Source of the DNA: Vezdaea acicularis | Lineage: Eukaryota | DNA: 36,616 nucleotides | NCBI GenBank assembly: GCA_026025075.1 | Contig: JAPEUI010000144.1 | Location: 1 to 36,616 of the forward strand | Reading direction: 5' to 3' | Part shown: one piece after another, positions 1-12,398 of the stretch | How the letters are laid out: the number at the start of each line of letters is the position of its first letter | Numbering within the stretch: position 1 is the first letter of the stretch | Made by a program: the position numbers and the translations under genes | The notes under the pieces: model-generated | Told to the model about the DNA's origin: nothing | Database searches by the model: none | Seen by the model: the letters and a program-made list of their open reading frames with translations, nothing else

Positions 1-466
1 GCTCACTTTGCGACCTCGTTAAGCCCTTGCAATAATCAAGATTGCAAAATTAAGCAGGAATCAATAGCGTGTTGCGGCAGATTCCGACGCTAAGCACTGT
101 TGCTATTTCATTGGCTACTGGATGTATCCCTTCACAAAATCAACACATGAACACAAAAGTGTCCCTAGCAAGATTGACCTGGCCATGAGCACTAGAATAT
201 CTTATCCCAGCTCTGATCATCCTATCAAGCTTGTTATAGATTGTCTCATATGGTCTATGGACAATATTCATCCAACCTTTCAGATGCACACAGAAGTCAC
301 AATCAGAACAAATGTAAGAAGGAGCTTCAATGGTGAGCATTTTCTTTTTAAGAAATCTTACAAAAAACTCTAATATGTGTATTATGTCATGAAACAAGAT
401 TGTAATCAAGTCATTGACCCGTGCAACGAGTCGGGGCATTCGCAACTGATTCTCCAAAAATCCTAG

Positions 467-1843
467 CCTGACCATTCGTTATACCTCGACAAAACTCTTA
501 GTACAGCTCTGCCATACAGTATCAGCGGCGGGACAAGTAAAGAAACAGCATCCGTAAGTCACTATTAAAGTCATCACTTGATCACTACCAAACGTAGTTA
601 TACCAAGGGTGCGGCCGTAAGATCCCAAAAGGCTGTGGCCCTGATACACGAACTGTATGTTGAAAGGAAAAGGAAGATTTCTCGAAACCTTAGTCTACCG
701 GAGGATGATAATACGGTAAAGTTGCGCACAACATGAGCTTCCCAATATCTGTTGACGAGAAATAGAGGTTAGAAAAGACAAATCTTGCAAGACTCCGAAA
801 ACGTGCTACAAGACGAGGCTATGGCATGACCCATGCTGAAGCAAAACTTCGACTACAATGCCTTACGCGGTTTAAGATCTTCCAGGAATGTGGTGGGGAT
901 GGCGTTACCTTTACAAACGATCTCGACGCACTTTCTGTTCCTTTGGAAGTGGAACTTACAATGCGAATGATCAAGAGAGAAGGCGTTCAAGATTTCCCAT
1001 TTAAGCTTTCATGCACGTGTGCCCTGGGAATGTGTTCCGACGGTGAGGCATGCAAATGTATGTCCGAGATATGGGCTCGGGAGAATCCAGGCGTCGGCTT
1101 GCCATACAAGCTGTCATCAGATGGTAAGACAAAGGTGCTCAAGGACATCGTCTTGAGAGGCCACAATGCCATATTCGAATGTAACGGAGGATGCAACTGC
1201 TCTCACACATGCATGACTCGTCTTGTGCAATACGGGCGGACGCTTCCGCTGGCGATCTTCAGAACTGAGGATGATCGTGGGTTTGGTTAGTCACCTCATC
1301 GTCTCTAGCTTCTATCTGTTGACGTGATTTTCAGGGGTTCGTTGTTCCCAAGACATTCGTAAGGGCCAGTTCATCGATACGTATTCGGGGGAAGTCATTA
1401 CCCTCGCTGACTCTGAGGCACGTGAAAGAGCTGCTGTCCGTTTGTATGGTGAGAGAGCTCACCTCGAACACTCCGTCTATACCTTTAGCTTGGACAAGTT
1501 CGATGATGACAACGGGGACAATGAATATCTCCTAGAAAACAGATATGTAATTGACGGTCAGTATTATGGTGGGCCGACTCGATTCATCAACCATTCATGC
1601 ATGCCAAATGTCAAGAACATGTGCGTCTCCTTCAACAACTACGACCCCTCTTTTTATCACTTAGCATTTTTTGCACTCCGGGACATACCTGCGGGTGAAG
1701 AGCTGACATGGGACTATACTGGAATCTGTGATTATGAGCAGCGTCAGCCAGTCTCTCAGAAATTGGCAAAAGCTCGAGGTGGAAGAGGAGAGTGCAAATG
1801 TCATACAGACAAATGCAGATACTGGATATTCCCTTCATCATGA
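467..1843 (+). CDS. dim-5: Histone H3K9 methyltransferase, DIM-5/Clr4 (SUV39) family; pre-SET, SET, post-SET. 5' end uncertain
   Basis: Pre-SET Cys cluster (CTC..C..CKC...IFECNGGCNCSHTC), RGFGVRC..DIRKGQFIDTYSGE after intron 1286-1334, GPTRFINHSC.PN, ELTWDY, post-SET CKC...C. Upstream in-frame exons inferred at 467-553, 598-715 and 766-1285 (GT-AG introns 554-597, 716-765); true start codon not located. Confidence 0.88.
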
Positions 1844-2658
1844 AACATTTGATGCAACCTACTTTTGAATACCTTTGAGCAAAAGTCATGAGATGCCTTT
1901 TGAAGTCTATGCAGCACATCAAAAGCATGTAGAGGGTTATATGAATGGCTGAATGCAAGGATATCAGAAAATTGTGTTGCATACAGTTGGCATTGACTAG
2001 AAAAATTTACATTAGAATAAATCAACTGGATAGTAAATTTTAGCTGTAGTCTTGATTAATTTTAAGTAAGCAAAAGCTTGTAATATCATAAAAGCCAGAA
2101 CAAGGACTTTAAGATTATAAACATTTACATGATGGTTGACCAATATTATAACTCAATCAAAATAATAATTTAATGATCTACTGATCTTTTACATCAGCCT
2201 TTATGATGATCTGCTTTATTAGCTAGATGTTAATCATCAAACAAGTATAAAAACTCATTGGCAAAGGGGTGCTTTATAATATAATAGATTACTATGCATC
2301 TTGCAAAAACAGGCCCTAACTTGCTAATTAGCTGGCCTGTAATAGCCCCCCCATAAGGGCGCGTCCTTGTGATGCACCGCTTTCTACACTGTACCTTCAC
2401 GTGATGTGGACATAGCGCGGCCCGCTTGTCGGAGCTCGCTTTGTGGCGCTTGTAATGCGTAGCGTAAGGCTGATAGCGTGGACAGCATGGGCGGAGTTTT
2501 GCCGATGGCACTTCGCCACTGCAAGAAAATTTAACGCAGCTTAGGCCAGCCCTATAAAGCATTCGAATTTTTCGCTCTCCATCGTTGATCAGAGGACTCT
2601 TCTTAGCATATTCTCACGTGCAACGCATCTGGACGCGCATGTCAATCTCGCGACCGCT

Positions 2659-4474
2659 ATGAGCGTGATATTGTCCGCTGACGATTTGAATGACTTCATA
2701 TCACCTGGAGTTGCTTGCATTAAACCAGTTGAAGCGCTCCCTCCAGGAGATACCATAGGAACAGGTGTAAGCCATGGTCGTCTCAATATCATGACAGTGT
2801 CTGATTCTAACGCCTAGCTAGAACCCCTACGAAGTGACTACAGAAGACAAAATCACCAAACAAAACCTTCTTCCCGTCCAAATTTCGTTGACAGACTGCT
2901 TGGCCTGTTCGGGATGTGTCACATCGGCGGAAGCCGTCCTTGTCTCGCTTCAGAGCCATACAGAGGTTCTCAATGCGCTTGACTCTACTTGTTCTATACC
3001 GGCTGAAAGTTTGAGAAGCGGACATGGATCTGTTCCAGGCGAAGGGAAGGTCTTCATCGCTAGTGTCAGCCCGCAAACAAGGGCTAGCATAGCAGCAACG
3101 TTCGGAGTGTCCGAAAAGCAAGCTGGGTTCATGATAGAACAGCTTCTGAGCGGGCCAGACGGACTGCGCAGTGGCGGAGCGCATAGGAGCCATTTCACAT
3201 GGGTCCTAGATACAAACACCGCTAGGGAAGCTTGCCTTGTTCTCGGGTTTGAAGAGGTTATGAACGCCCATGCAGAGGCTAGCGCAGGAGGGGAAGAACC
3301 CCAAAAGCCCATTTTGGCGTCATCATGCCCTGGCTGGATCTGTTACGCCGAGAAGACGCATCCACATATTCTTCCCCACCTTTCGCGATTAAAGTCACCT
3401 CAAGCATTACTGGGAACCTTGGTGAAATCAGCATTGAATAGCGCTTCCAATATTTCTCCAAGTAGAATATGGCATGTAGCTATAATGCCCTGTTTCGATA
3501 AGAAGCTGGAAGCAAGTCGAGAGGAGCTGACAGATGTATTCTGGAAGGGCAACAGGGGGGTAACGACGGCAATAAGAGACGTGGACTGCGTCATTACCAC
3601 AAAGGAGCTCCTTATGCTGGCTGCCTCAAGAGGTATTGACTTCTCAAAGCTCCCCAAAACATCTCTCCAAAAATCAGGGAGACTCCCATTCCCGGATCAG
3701 CTCATTGATCAATACTTATTTCGCAACCCGTCCCAAAATCGAAAAATCCTTATGAACAACGATCCGGTTGGTGGAACGTCTGGGGGCTACCTTTATCACA
3801 TCCTAGAGACATTCAAGGCGAAAAACCCAGGAAGCGAAATTTGTGCAGAACGTGGTCGTAACGAGGATGTGGTAGACTTTACAGTCGTTCGAGATAATAA
3901 AGTTTTATTGAAAACTGCAAGGTACTACGGGTTTCGAAACATTCAGAACCTTGTACGAAAGCTCAAACCTCCGAAGGTCTCTAGAATGCCAGGCGCACGT
4001 ACCGGGATTGCCACCAGACCGGAAGCTACCAGGGCAGCGTCATTGGCAGCAGACTACGCTTATGTGGAGGTTATGGCTTGCCCTGGCGGATGTACAAACG
4101 GAGGCGGCCAAATCAAAGTTTCTGATGCCATACTTGCCGTAGACCCGGGATCTTATCTTGACGGCCAATGGAGCCATGCAGAGCAGAAGGCCTGGCTAGC
4201 ACGTGTTGATGAGGCGTATTTCTCAGCAGACTCCAGTGAGGACGAAAGCTCAGTTGAAGCGCATAATATTGCTTTTGACAATACTATCGTCAATGGGATC
4301 TCGGCAGTCTACACGAAACAGGTGATGCGATACTGGGAAGAAATCACCGGTACTCCTATAGGCAGGCTGGCCTACACGACCTACAGGAAGGTAGAAAGTG
4401 ATGTTGGTAAAGAGAAAGTCACGGATACGGAAAGAGTCATCCACATCTCAAGCCGCGCTGGTGGTGGATGGTGA
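2659..4474 (+). CDS. NAR1: Cytosolic Fe-S cluster assembly factor NAR1 (iron-only hydrogenase-like)
   Basis: Exon 1 2659-2766 [23 protein letters not shown], intron 2767-2821, exon 2 [10 protein letters not shown]...[50 protein letters not shown], terminal Trp. Confidence 0.96.
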
Positions 4475-5276
4475 TTCCTTTCTTCTCGCAACATTGGTAC
4501 ATAGCAATGGAGTTTCTGGTGCATTCAAGGGAGGGAAGGAGAATCGTATTTCGGGGCATGTTAAATCTGTAGATTACTACAAGTTCTAGACCGTGGTGGC
4601 TGCGTGCCAGATTTAAAATCTCAATGGCTGCGGTTCAATCGATCTCTGGAGTGTTGCCTCGCCTCTTTAATGATCTGCAGAGCTGCGCCACAGGCGACCG
4701 TACAGGGGTCAGGGCTAAAGCTGTTCCGCCAAGAAGTGGCGTCCGATTTTCGCAACTCTCTATCGTCTGCTATTCAGCCAAAATCAAATATTTCAGTTGC
4801 AGAAGACATCTAATACCATGCTAAATTGACTCTGGAAGTTTTTAAAGTACAATAGCATCTGGCGTGGTGGTGCTGGAAGCGCAGAAAGTTCGAGTTCAAA
4901 GTCTTGGCGGAACAGTGTTAGCCCTGACCCCTGTACGGTCTACCAGACCTACCCCTTCCAAACTCCCCACGCTCGCGCCGATCGCTCCCGCGAAAACAGG
5001 GCAGTCTGACGTAAAGATCTTTCCGTTGACACCGCTGCCAATGAGCGACAATGGGCACCCCGGGATTACGAAAATGGGCTTTAAAACTGGCTTGAGGGAA
5101 TGATGATATATAGTCAAGATGCTGGACGACTGGTATTCGTAATCACGAAAAATCGATTTAGGCCATCATTTGACGCGCGATTGCGACAGTACCTTCGAAA
5201 ATCGCGTTGAGGCACATCGCAGAAGACCAGTATATTAAATCGAATATCGAATTAGACGGGACGTAGGATCGGAAAG

Positions 5277-6157
5277 ATGCACTCGAATTTGAACTTCCGC
5301 ACAGTTTACCTCCTTGCTCTCCTGACCGGGTCTTTCGCACAATCAGTCAACAACTTGCCTGGCTGTGTTCAGAAGTGTATCACAAACTCAGCATACTTTA
5401 ATTGCAATGGGCTTGACATATCTTGTAGATTCTATTGTCATGTCTCGGTATGAATATAGCAACTAACATTCTTTTAGGTATCTGTCGCCTTTCCAACGGC
5501 AACTTTCTTCCCGATGTCGTAACTTGCACCAAAGGAAATTGCGACAACGCTCTCGATACGAACATGATACTTACGGTCCTTCAGCTCGCATGCAGCGGTG
5601 CTGGAGTGCCGATATCGGGTCCTGCACTGCTAAACGCTGAGTCCATCGCATCAGCGACTGGAAGTGCGAGTACTGCCTACGTATCTCATGCTGAGACAGT
5701 GAGTTTGAGTACGGTGGGCGGTACGGTATACGGAGGGGGTGCCGATCCGAGCTCTCCTGGTAACATTCTTAGTACCATTGGCAGCACGGTGTATGCTGGG
5801 GGCGCTGGTCCGACCACAGGCACCGCGACAACTGGAACAACCATGGGAACTGGCACTACATCGACGAAAGGGACAACGACTTTGTCGGGGACTACTTCTT
5901 CAACAGGGTCCGCTTCTATCATAGCGACGACTTCCACAACAGAGACAAGTATGACTACGAGTATTACCAGTAGCGGCGCTTCTAAGACCACCGGGTCCGC
6001 AGCAGCGGACCAGACAAGTGGGAAATCCGTAAATCCGACAGCAACTGGGAACAATGGATCGCCCTTTGGGATCTCTAATTCAGTGGGAAGGAACGAAAGG
6101 AGCTGTATGGGGATGGTTGTTGGGCTGTCGGCTTTGCTATGGCTAGAGTGGTTTTAA
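5277..6157 (+). CDS. CFEM-domain, Ser/Thr-rich, probably GPI-anchored cell-surface protein
   Basis: Signal peptide (MHSNLNFRTVYLLALLTGSFA), 8-Cys CFEM pattern LPGCVQKC..C..DISCIC..C...C...C across intron 5425-5477, Thr/Ser/Gly-rich stalk, hydrophobic C-terminus. Confidence 0.85.
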
Positions 6158-6517
6158 ATCTTCGAGGATGTTGCTGTATTGTGCATGTGGGACAGCGGGC
6201 GTTTTTTGGTTTATTAAATCTGCGCTGGTGCCCATTACTATTCAAGAGCCCTATGTAAGCTATTGATTGTCCTGATCTGAGTTCCAAGATAGGCCACGTG
6301 TCGTCAATAACATATGTAGTTTGCAGTAATATAACCATGTTGTCGTCATATAGCGCTTTCAATTGCCTTGGGCCCCGAAGGTCTTGTGCCGTAACTTTGT
6401 GGGGGTTGAGCGGCTTTCTTTTGCTAGACTTGATGGGACGAATCAAGCAGGCGTCTTGAATGGTAATGATTCGGACTACGCTTTGATTCTTGCTCGACCT
6501 GAGCAGGGAAGGTCTAT

Positions 6518-7256
6518 CTATACGACTCTTTTAACCTGCGATATATTAGTACATACAAACACAGATCCTATAAGCCCTCAAACGCAACTTACCTCGAAGA
6601 ATCTCTTCAGCCACCAGACCTGGAAAACGCCCTCACCAACCAAAACACCAATCTGAAACATGCTCCACCACTTTACCCTTCCGTTCGTGCTCTCCGCCGT
6701 ATTTCGATGTGTCCTCTCCCGGACAACGATGTATCCCTGTTCATCCTTAACTTGGCCAACTAACTCTCCCAGCTTTCTGACCTCAGACTCAAGAGGGTCT
6801 TGTGGGGCTTCGGATTCCGGGACGTATACGATGCCGTGTACGTTGAAGGAGACCTCCTTCGAGGAGGCACTCCAGTGCTCGTTGCTGAAGCAGTAGAGAA
6901 ACTTGCCATCGTTTTGCGCTGTGAAGGAATGGTCTCCGTTGCTTACAGCTCGCTCATGAAAGGGGAAAGAGCCTGTTGGGTCTTGGATCTGTGAATCAGA
7001 ATGGGTTAGCAAGCCTAGACTAAAGGCTGCTCGGAGTACGTAAGAGCGTAGGACGCACCCAAAAGTCGATCTCCAAGTTGCTACTACCCCCGAATTCGCG
7101 GTCACCAACTTGAAAGGTGACGGTCATCTTGTCATCCTTGTGAAGTTCTTCGTGAAAGCATTCCCGCGAGTGGGCCGCTAACTTGATGTTGTGCGCAAGC
7201 GTGTTAGTGATCAAAGCAGCGACGGCGACAAGGCCTGTTGTTGATAGAAGGTGCAT
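6518..7256 (-). CDS. EMP24: p24/GOLD-domain COPII cargo receptor EMP24
   Basis: Exons 7256-7059, 6988-6593, 6535-6518; signal peptide, ECFHEEL, YCFSN, RERTHRNTAESTNGRVKWWS, TM helix, LKRFFEVKRVV* tail typical of p24-beta. Confidence 0.95.
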
Positions 7257-8745
7257 GATTGTGGTATTGAGCCGTGGAAAGAATGGAAAGGCTCAGGAGA
7301 TTTCGCGAAGTTCATGCTGTTGGAGTGACGGATCGGGTTTAGCGCATAGGCTTGGAGCTCACCATATGGGCAAACTGGAAGGCAATCATTACTATCAATC
7401 ACTAGTAAGGCATACATTTTTGGGGCGTGGCCGTTACATTGGAGTCTAACTTGGAACCAAAGAGTTCACATAGACTCTGGGCCTCTCTGCTTTAGATTAG
7501 TGACCAAGGCGTATATGCGCACAATCAGCTACCTTGCGCGCCCCAAGCTCTCGACATCTCACCACTACGAAGGAACCTAAGGAGAGCTGATAACCTAACT
7601 TCATGGACCATCAAGCTACTCTTTACAATACACTTCATATTTGACTTCATGACGCATGAGGGTCTGTCGCGACCATCCCACAACTACGCTCGATCAGCCA
7701 AAAAGCTGCAACTCGCAGTTGGTTAGGAAAGAAACGCCCGCAATCATTCTCAGAAGCCGGGAACGGAAGGAAACCCACTAATCTTCAGAGAAGATAGAAT
7801 AGCCCTCAGCAAGCCGCCGTAGCGGAGCTTCTTGGAAGTTATAGATTAATAACCTCTACTTAGGTGCGGAGGAAAGAGGAGGGCGAGGCCCGAACCAAAT
7901 TTATGGGAAATTTTTTCTCGCTTGTGGTTGCATAAGTTTGCACACTTTACCGAGCGGGTGGACCTTGTACCAAGCCGGCTCACGGGATATGCTCTAGATA
8001 AGATTCTAGGAAAGCACTGGACCATAGACTCCAACAATAATGTCACGCAATCAAAAATCTGATGCCTTCTATAACATATCTATCAGTTATGGGGCCTCTT
8101 CCTCCTTGCCTCCGTAACGCCCGCGTCCGTTCCGCATCTAGCCTAGTCCGTTGCCTGCTCATACGCGCATATCTCATACCGCCTCAACCTTAGCTTACGT
8201 GGAGATATCAACATTCATCCGCTCGCACTGTGACCAAGTCAACACCACGTGAAGTGATGAAGCAAAGTGAACCACCGTCCAAGCCACTAGGACACGCGGT
8301 AGAAGATGATGGACTTAGCCTGCTTACAAGCTTGAACTCCAAGAGAGACCACCCAACCAGGAGAGAGCCACGATACCCTTGACGTGCATTGAGGGGAATA
8401 AAGCTCGTAAATTCTCTAGTATCGCAATTTAAAGTCATGTCTGCAACGGTGACTTCGAGAATCTTTCATTATCCTTTATGATGGTCACATCCTGTGTGGA
8501 TGTTGGTCTCTTCATTCACTGTTGCGTATGATGCATCCAGCCACACTACCGTACCGGACGAGAGTGAATTTAGACCTCTAATCTTTCACTCTTTATAACT
8601 AGCATGGCTCGCATCTGATTATTCTTACTAAGACCTCAAATCCAACTTATATCTATGATAACTACTCCATTCTCTATTTTCTTGTACGAGCTTCGAGCAG
8701 CTCTGCTAGTTCACTTTGCTGCTTCCAGCCGAGGAACCTACCGAC

Positions 8746-10170
8746 ATGCCCCTGAAGAAAGACCTAAGAGTCTCATTTTTGGACGCTTTCAAGTCTGGTC
8801 CCCCTACTATCCTAAGTAAGAAGACTAAAAAGACCGACATTTCGGCTTCTAATGTGAGCTTTCTCTTGATTCGTCTTTCATTGCTGCCTCGTCTCTAAAT
8901 ATGTTCATCAACGAAATCTAGGAGTTTGAGAGATGGATAGCTCGAAATCAGAATCGCGCCCTATATTCGATCATTGGTCCCGCACAAGTAGGAAACTACT
9001 ATGTCTTCACCGCCCCTACACATGCACCTGAACCAGAGAAACCTGTGAACGCTGAGGCGATGGCCACTGAAAACCCCGCTCCCGCTACTCCCGAAGCACC
9101 AAAGGATACAGACGCCAAGTCTACTGAAGGGCCCAAGGAAAGTGTTACTAAGTATAGTGAAGCGAAAGTAGGCCCAACGGTTTCTACATTCACCGAAGAA
9201 GAAGACAAGGTGCTACTTGAACTCAAAGGAGGGAATATGTCATGGAAAGTGATCGCTCAAAATATGGGTCGTAGTCTGCGGCAAATCAAAAAGAGACATA
9301 AAGAGCTCAAAGGCGCTGCTTTATCGCCCGAGGCCAAAGCAGCTGAGGCGGAGGAGTCTTCCAAAAGGAGGACGAGAGAGGTCAACAGCGGCGAGGAAAA
9401 GGGCGAGGAAAAGGGCGAGGAAAAGGGCGAGGGAAAGGGCGAGGAAAATGCCGGTCATTGCTGGACTTTGCCAAGCGAGATTCCCGGGGTTATTGCCCAC
9501 ATAGTCGAAAACGAGCGAATGCAAAATACGGACGGCGAATTTTCTCAAGGTGTTATCTACGACTATCAGCAGTGGAAAGCTAGCCAGGCTCAGAGTTTTC
9601 CGCGAAATAAACCGGATAATTGCCATTCATGCCAAATGAAGGCCTCTAACAAGAGCAATAGTAATGGCGATCATGCTAGCCAACCCCAAAGCTACTCATA
9701 CCAGCAATGGCACGCCGCCCAAGCTCCAAGTCAAGTGCAGCCCGATCGAGAGGGAGGCTTTTATACACCTGTCTTTTCTCATGGAGAAAGTAGTCGTGAC
9801 GTGGGCCAGGCCGCTCATGCTCAATCTCAACAGAATCAAGCTCAAGGCAATGACTCGAGGATCGGACTCGGCATTTCCGGCGCTTACTTCCCTCTAGGCC
9901 TCCAGGACATCAGGAATGCTGTACATGTGAACCCTGATGCATACTGGACTGCTGAAGAGGTGAGATCGAGAGCTTTTCTACTTTCTTCGTAGCTTTGGTA
10001 TTCCTTATGGGCTAATTCCAATCTTATAGATTATAGAGCTCCATCAAACAGCTTATCATTATGACCTAGCGAGATACGATCGCATAGCATCCAACTTTTA
10101 CGATGCAACCGGACGATGGGTGACAGCGGAGGCTGTTTATGCCAAATTGCACGAGTACAGACCAACATAG
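8746..10170 (+). CDS. Fungal Myb/SANT-like domain protein
   Basis: Exons 8746-8853, 8922-9959, 10030-10170 join in frame. Myb-like FTEEEDKVLLELKGGNMSWKVIAQNMGRS..QIKKRHKEL, plus C-terminal PDAYWTAEE...IASNFYDATGRWV...YAKL repeat. Confidence 0.75.
9390..9449 (+). repeat. 12-bp coding minisatellite (GGCGAGGAAAAG) x5, encodes (GEEK)n
   Basis: Directly visible; copies 4 and 5 carry single substitutions. Confidence 0.9.
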
Positions 10171-10404
10171 GGTATTATTCATCTTAAAACACCTATTGCG
10201 CTTATTTTATCATCAGCCTCACGAACTTGATTGGTATCTTATTGCTGGAATTTCCATCAATCCTGGCCTTCTACTATCTAATACGGAGGTCATTTGACAT
10301 TGATTTCAAGTAGATACATGTAAAGCTAGGTATATGCTAGAACTATCTTATTCCTATATACTAATTGAACCTCTCGTTCAAATTCTCTATGTGGTTTCCT
10401 CAGA

Positions 10405-10575
10405 ATGACTTTCGAACCACCTCCAGCGCGTGAATCAAAAGTCTTGCACGTTCCACCTGCGCTTCTTTTCGTAGCCATCGTGGGTGCCTCTATCCTATCA
10501 GTCGCTGCAATTACCATATGCTGGATAGGCAAAGATGGTCTACGAACCTGCTTACTATACTATAAACCGAAATAG
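10405..10575 (+). CDS. Small hypothetical single-TM ORF (56 aa), possibly the first exon of a decayed multi-exon gene
   Basis: MTFEPPPARESKVLHVPP-ALLFVAIVGASILSVAAITICWI-GKDGLR...; below the 60-aa ORF cutoff; no family recognised. Confidence 0.3.
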   Translation: MTFEPPPARESKVLHVPPALLFVAIVGASILSVAAITICWIGKDGLRTCLLYYKPK

Positions 10576-11069
10576 TGTGGAAATCCCTTGGTCGCCCTAG
10601 CGATAAACGCAGGCACTCTAAAGTTCCGCGTAGGTTGCCGTAGATCTCCTCCAGACAGAGTCGCACATATTCGGATTTTGATTGGCAGACCGCCTGCTAA
10701 AGTGTCGAATGCTTTACCTTTCGATTGTTCTTCCCCTCGGTTTCTCTAGGATAATGGGCTGACGGCGACCTCAGAACCCTTCATCGCAAGGCGTCTTTCT
10801 TTTCCCGCTGCTTCAGGCATACCAGAGTCTGTTGGATGGGGTATGAGATGCCTCACACTTCCTGACCTATGCACTCTTTTGACTGCATTCATAGTGTCTG
10901 ATGCTGTCAAGGAAGCGAAGGGGTTTCGGAAATTACTCTATCTTGCAGAACAGAAATTAACCCTACATGATCAGACCCGGCGCAACCTAAGAGGTTGGAA
11001 GGCGCCTTGCCGGCCTCAGACACCCCCACTACCGAATTTGACACTCCAATCCGCCGCCTGACAAGAGCA

Positions 11070-11192
11070 AGTGCTAGAGAAAGTGCTGCTAAAATAGATG
11101 CTACTAGAGAAATTGCTACTAGAGACATTGCTACTAGAGAATGTGGAATGTGGTCTTAGAGAAAGTGATACTATAGAAAGTGCTGCTAGAGA
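11070..11192 (+). repeat. Degenerate 15-bp tandem repeat (consensus about AGTGCTRCTAGAGAA)
   Basis: About 8 imperfect units, interrupted by a 7-bp duplication GAATGTG at 11139-11152. Confidence 0.75.
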
Positions 11193-11482
11193 ACATGCAG
11201 CGGGATATGTTATGAGAGGTATCCCAGATGTAGCTGCGGCGTCAGCCCCCCTTCGGGATAGGTGAATGTTCCTAGATCTTCATGTCTACAAAGATATGGT
11301 CATATTCGAACACTATAGGCATCGGTAATGACATCGCTCCCGTCCGGTAGTCTTACCCTTTAGTTGCTGCTGCCCATGTTGTTACTTCTGTGTCTGATCC
11401 TTCCGCTGCAAGCAACCTTGTTTTTCCTATCACGGGCCCTGTATTTGATTGTTCTGAGGGCTCCGTACAGTGAAACATTAAC

Positions 11483-11586
11483 ATAAGGATCTCCTTTCAT
11501 AAGGATACCTGGCTAACAAGGATAAGTTGCTCAGACCCGTGGTTTTTTTGGTGGGTAATAAGGATAACCTTTCCATAAGGATATCT
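11483..11586 (+). repeat. Cluster of AAGGAT motifs, with a duplicated ~28-bp block
   Basis: AAGGAT at 11485, 11501, 11518, 11560, 11577; block 11483-11510 resembles 11558-11586. Confidence 0.65.
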
Positions 11587-12369
11587 TTAGATTTTGCTTG
11601 TCCCAACAGCTAAACTTACAGCTAAATATCCTCATAGGTATCATGAGACAAAAAGATGACTAAGGCTGATCAATACATGTTGTGATTCAGGGTTGACACA
11701 CATTAACACACCCTCCTATATGCAGAGGCCTTATGGCTTCTAAGGCTCAAACCACAACTCAGACCTTGATTGACAACTTTTTAGTCCTCAGACTTGCCAC
11801 TCTGCTCTCGTCTTTTCAACCTTTGCTCAATCATCTTTGAGCGTGATACCTGAGTACAAAGATACCTCTTCAACAAGGATATTTCACTCGTGTCCGGACG
11901 CCATCCTTATATTGAGGTTTCACTGTAGTTCCCAAAATGCGTGGTTTGACCGACAATGTAAAAGCTTGTGAGAGGAGATATCATCTCCAGTATATTAGAA
12001 GCTTTTCAGTACAAGCCGTATCCAAGAGAGCTCATGTCCAATATCATAAAACAGACCGATGAATCCCATATTTTATGCCAGGGAAGGCTCCACAGGAAGC
12101 GTTGAATTTTCTGAAATCAAAACCTCAGCATCAATTGTCAATTTCAGTACTTGATCGGGCTGGGCTCAAACCGTTGACGAAACCAAAAATGAAGTGCAAT
12201 CTGCTAAGATCTAACGAACATGAAAGTGAAACCCAAACGCAAACGAAAGTGTATTATTGTCTTCGTGGAGATAGAATCTCATACGTTGTTTCCCAATTAT
12301 AAAAGTACCCACATGTTTCCAGCTGTAATTGTAAAAGGAGACGTAATCCAAACCTCCGAGTTTGTTGCG

Positions 12370-12398
12370 TTATACTCTCAGCCATGCTGAGAGTATAA
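12370..12398. repeat. Perfect 13-bp inverted repeat with 3-nt loop
   Basis: TTATACTCTCAGC-CAT-GCTGAGAGTATAA. Confidence 0.9.

Noticed and set aside
2659..4474. True [FeFe]-hydrogenase in a fungus
   Set aside because: Sequence fits the universal eukaryotic NAR1 family; no maturase genes nearby.
5686..6054. Val-rich antisense ORF and similar shadow ORFs inside BAT1, SCY1, NAR1 and GH13
   Set aside because: Explained as antisense or alternate frames of real genes.
7450..8700. Hidden gene between EMP24 and the Myb-like gene
   Set aside because: Only short ORFs with frequent stops; consistent with a divergent promoter region.
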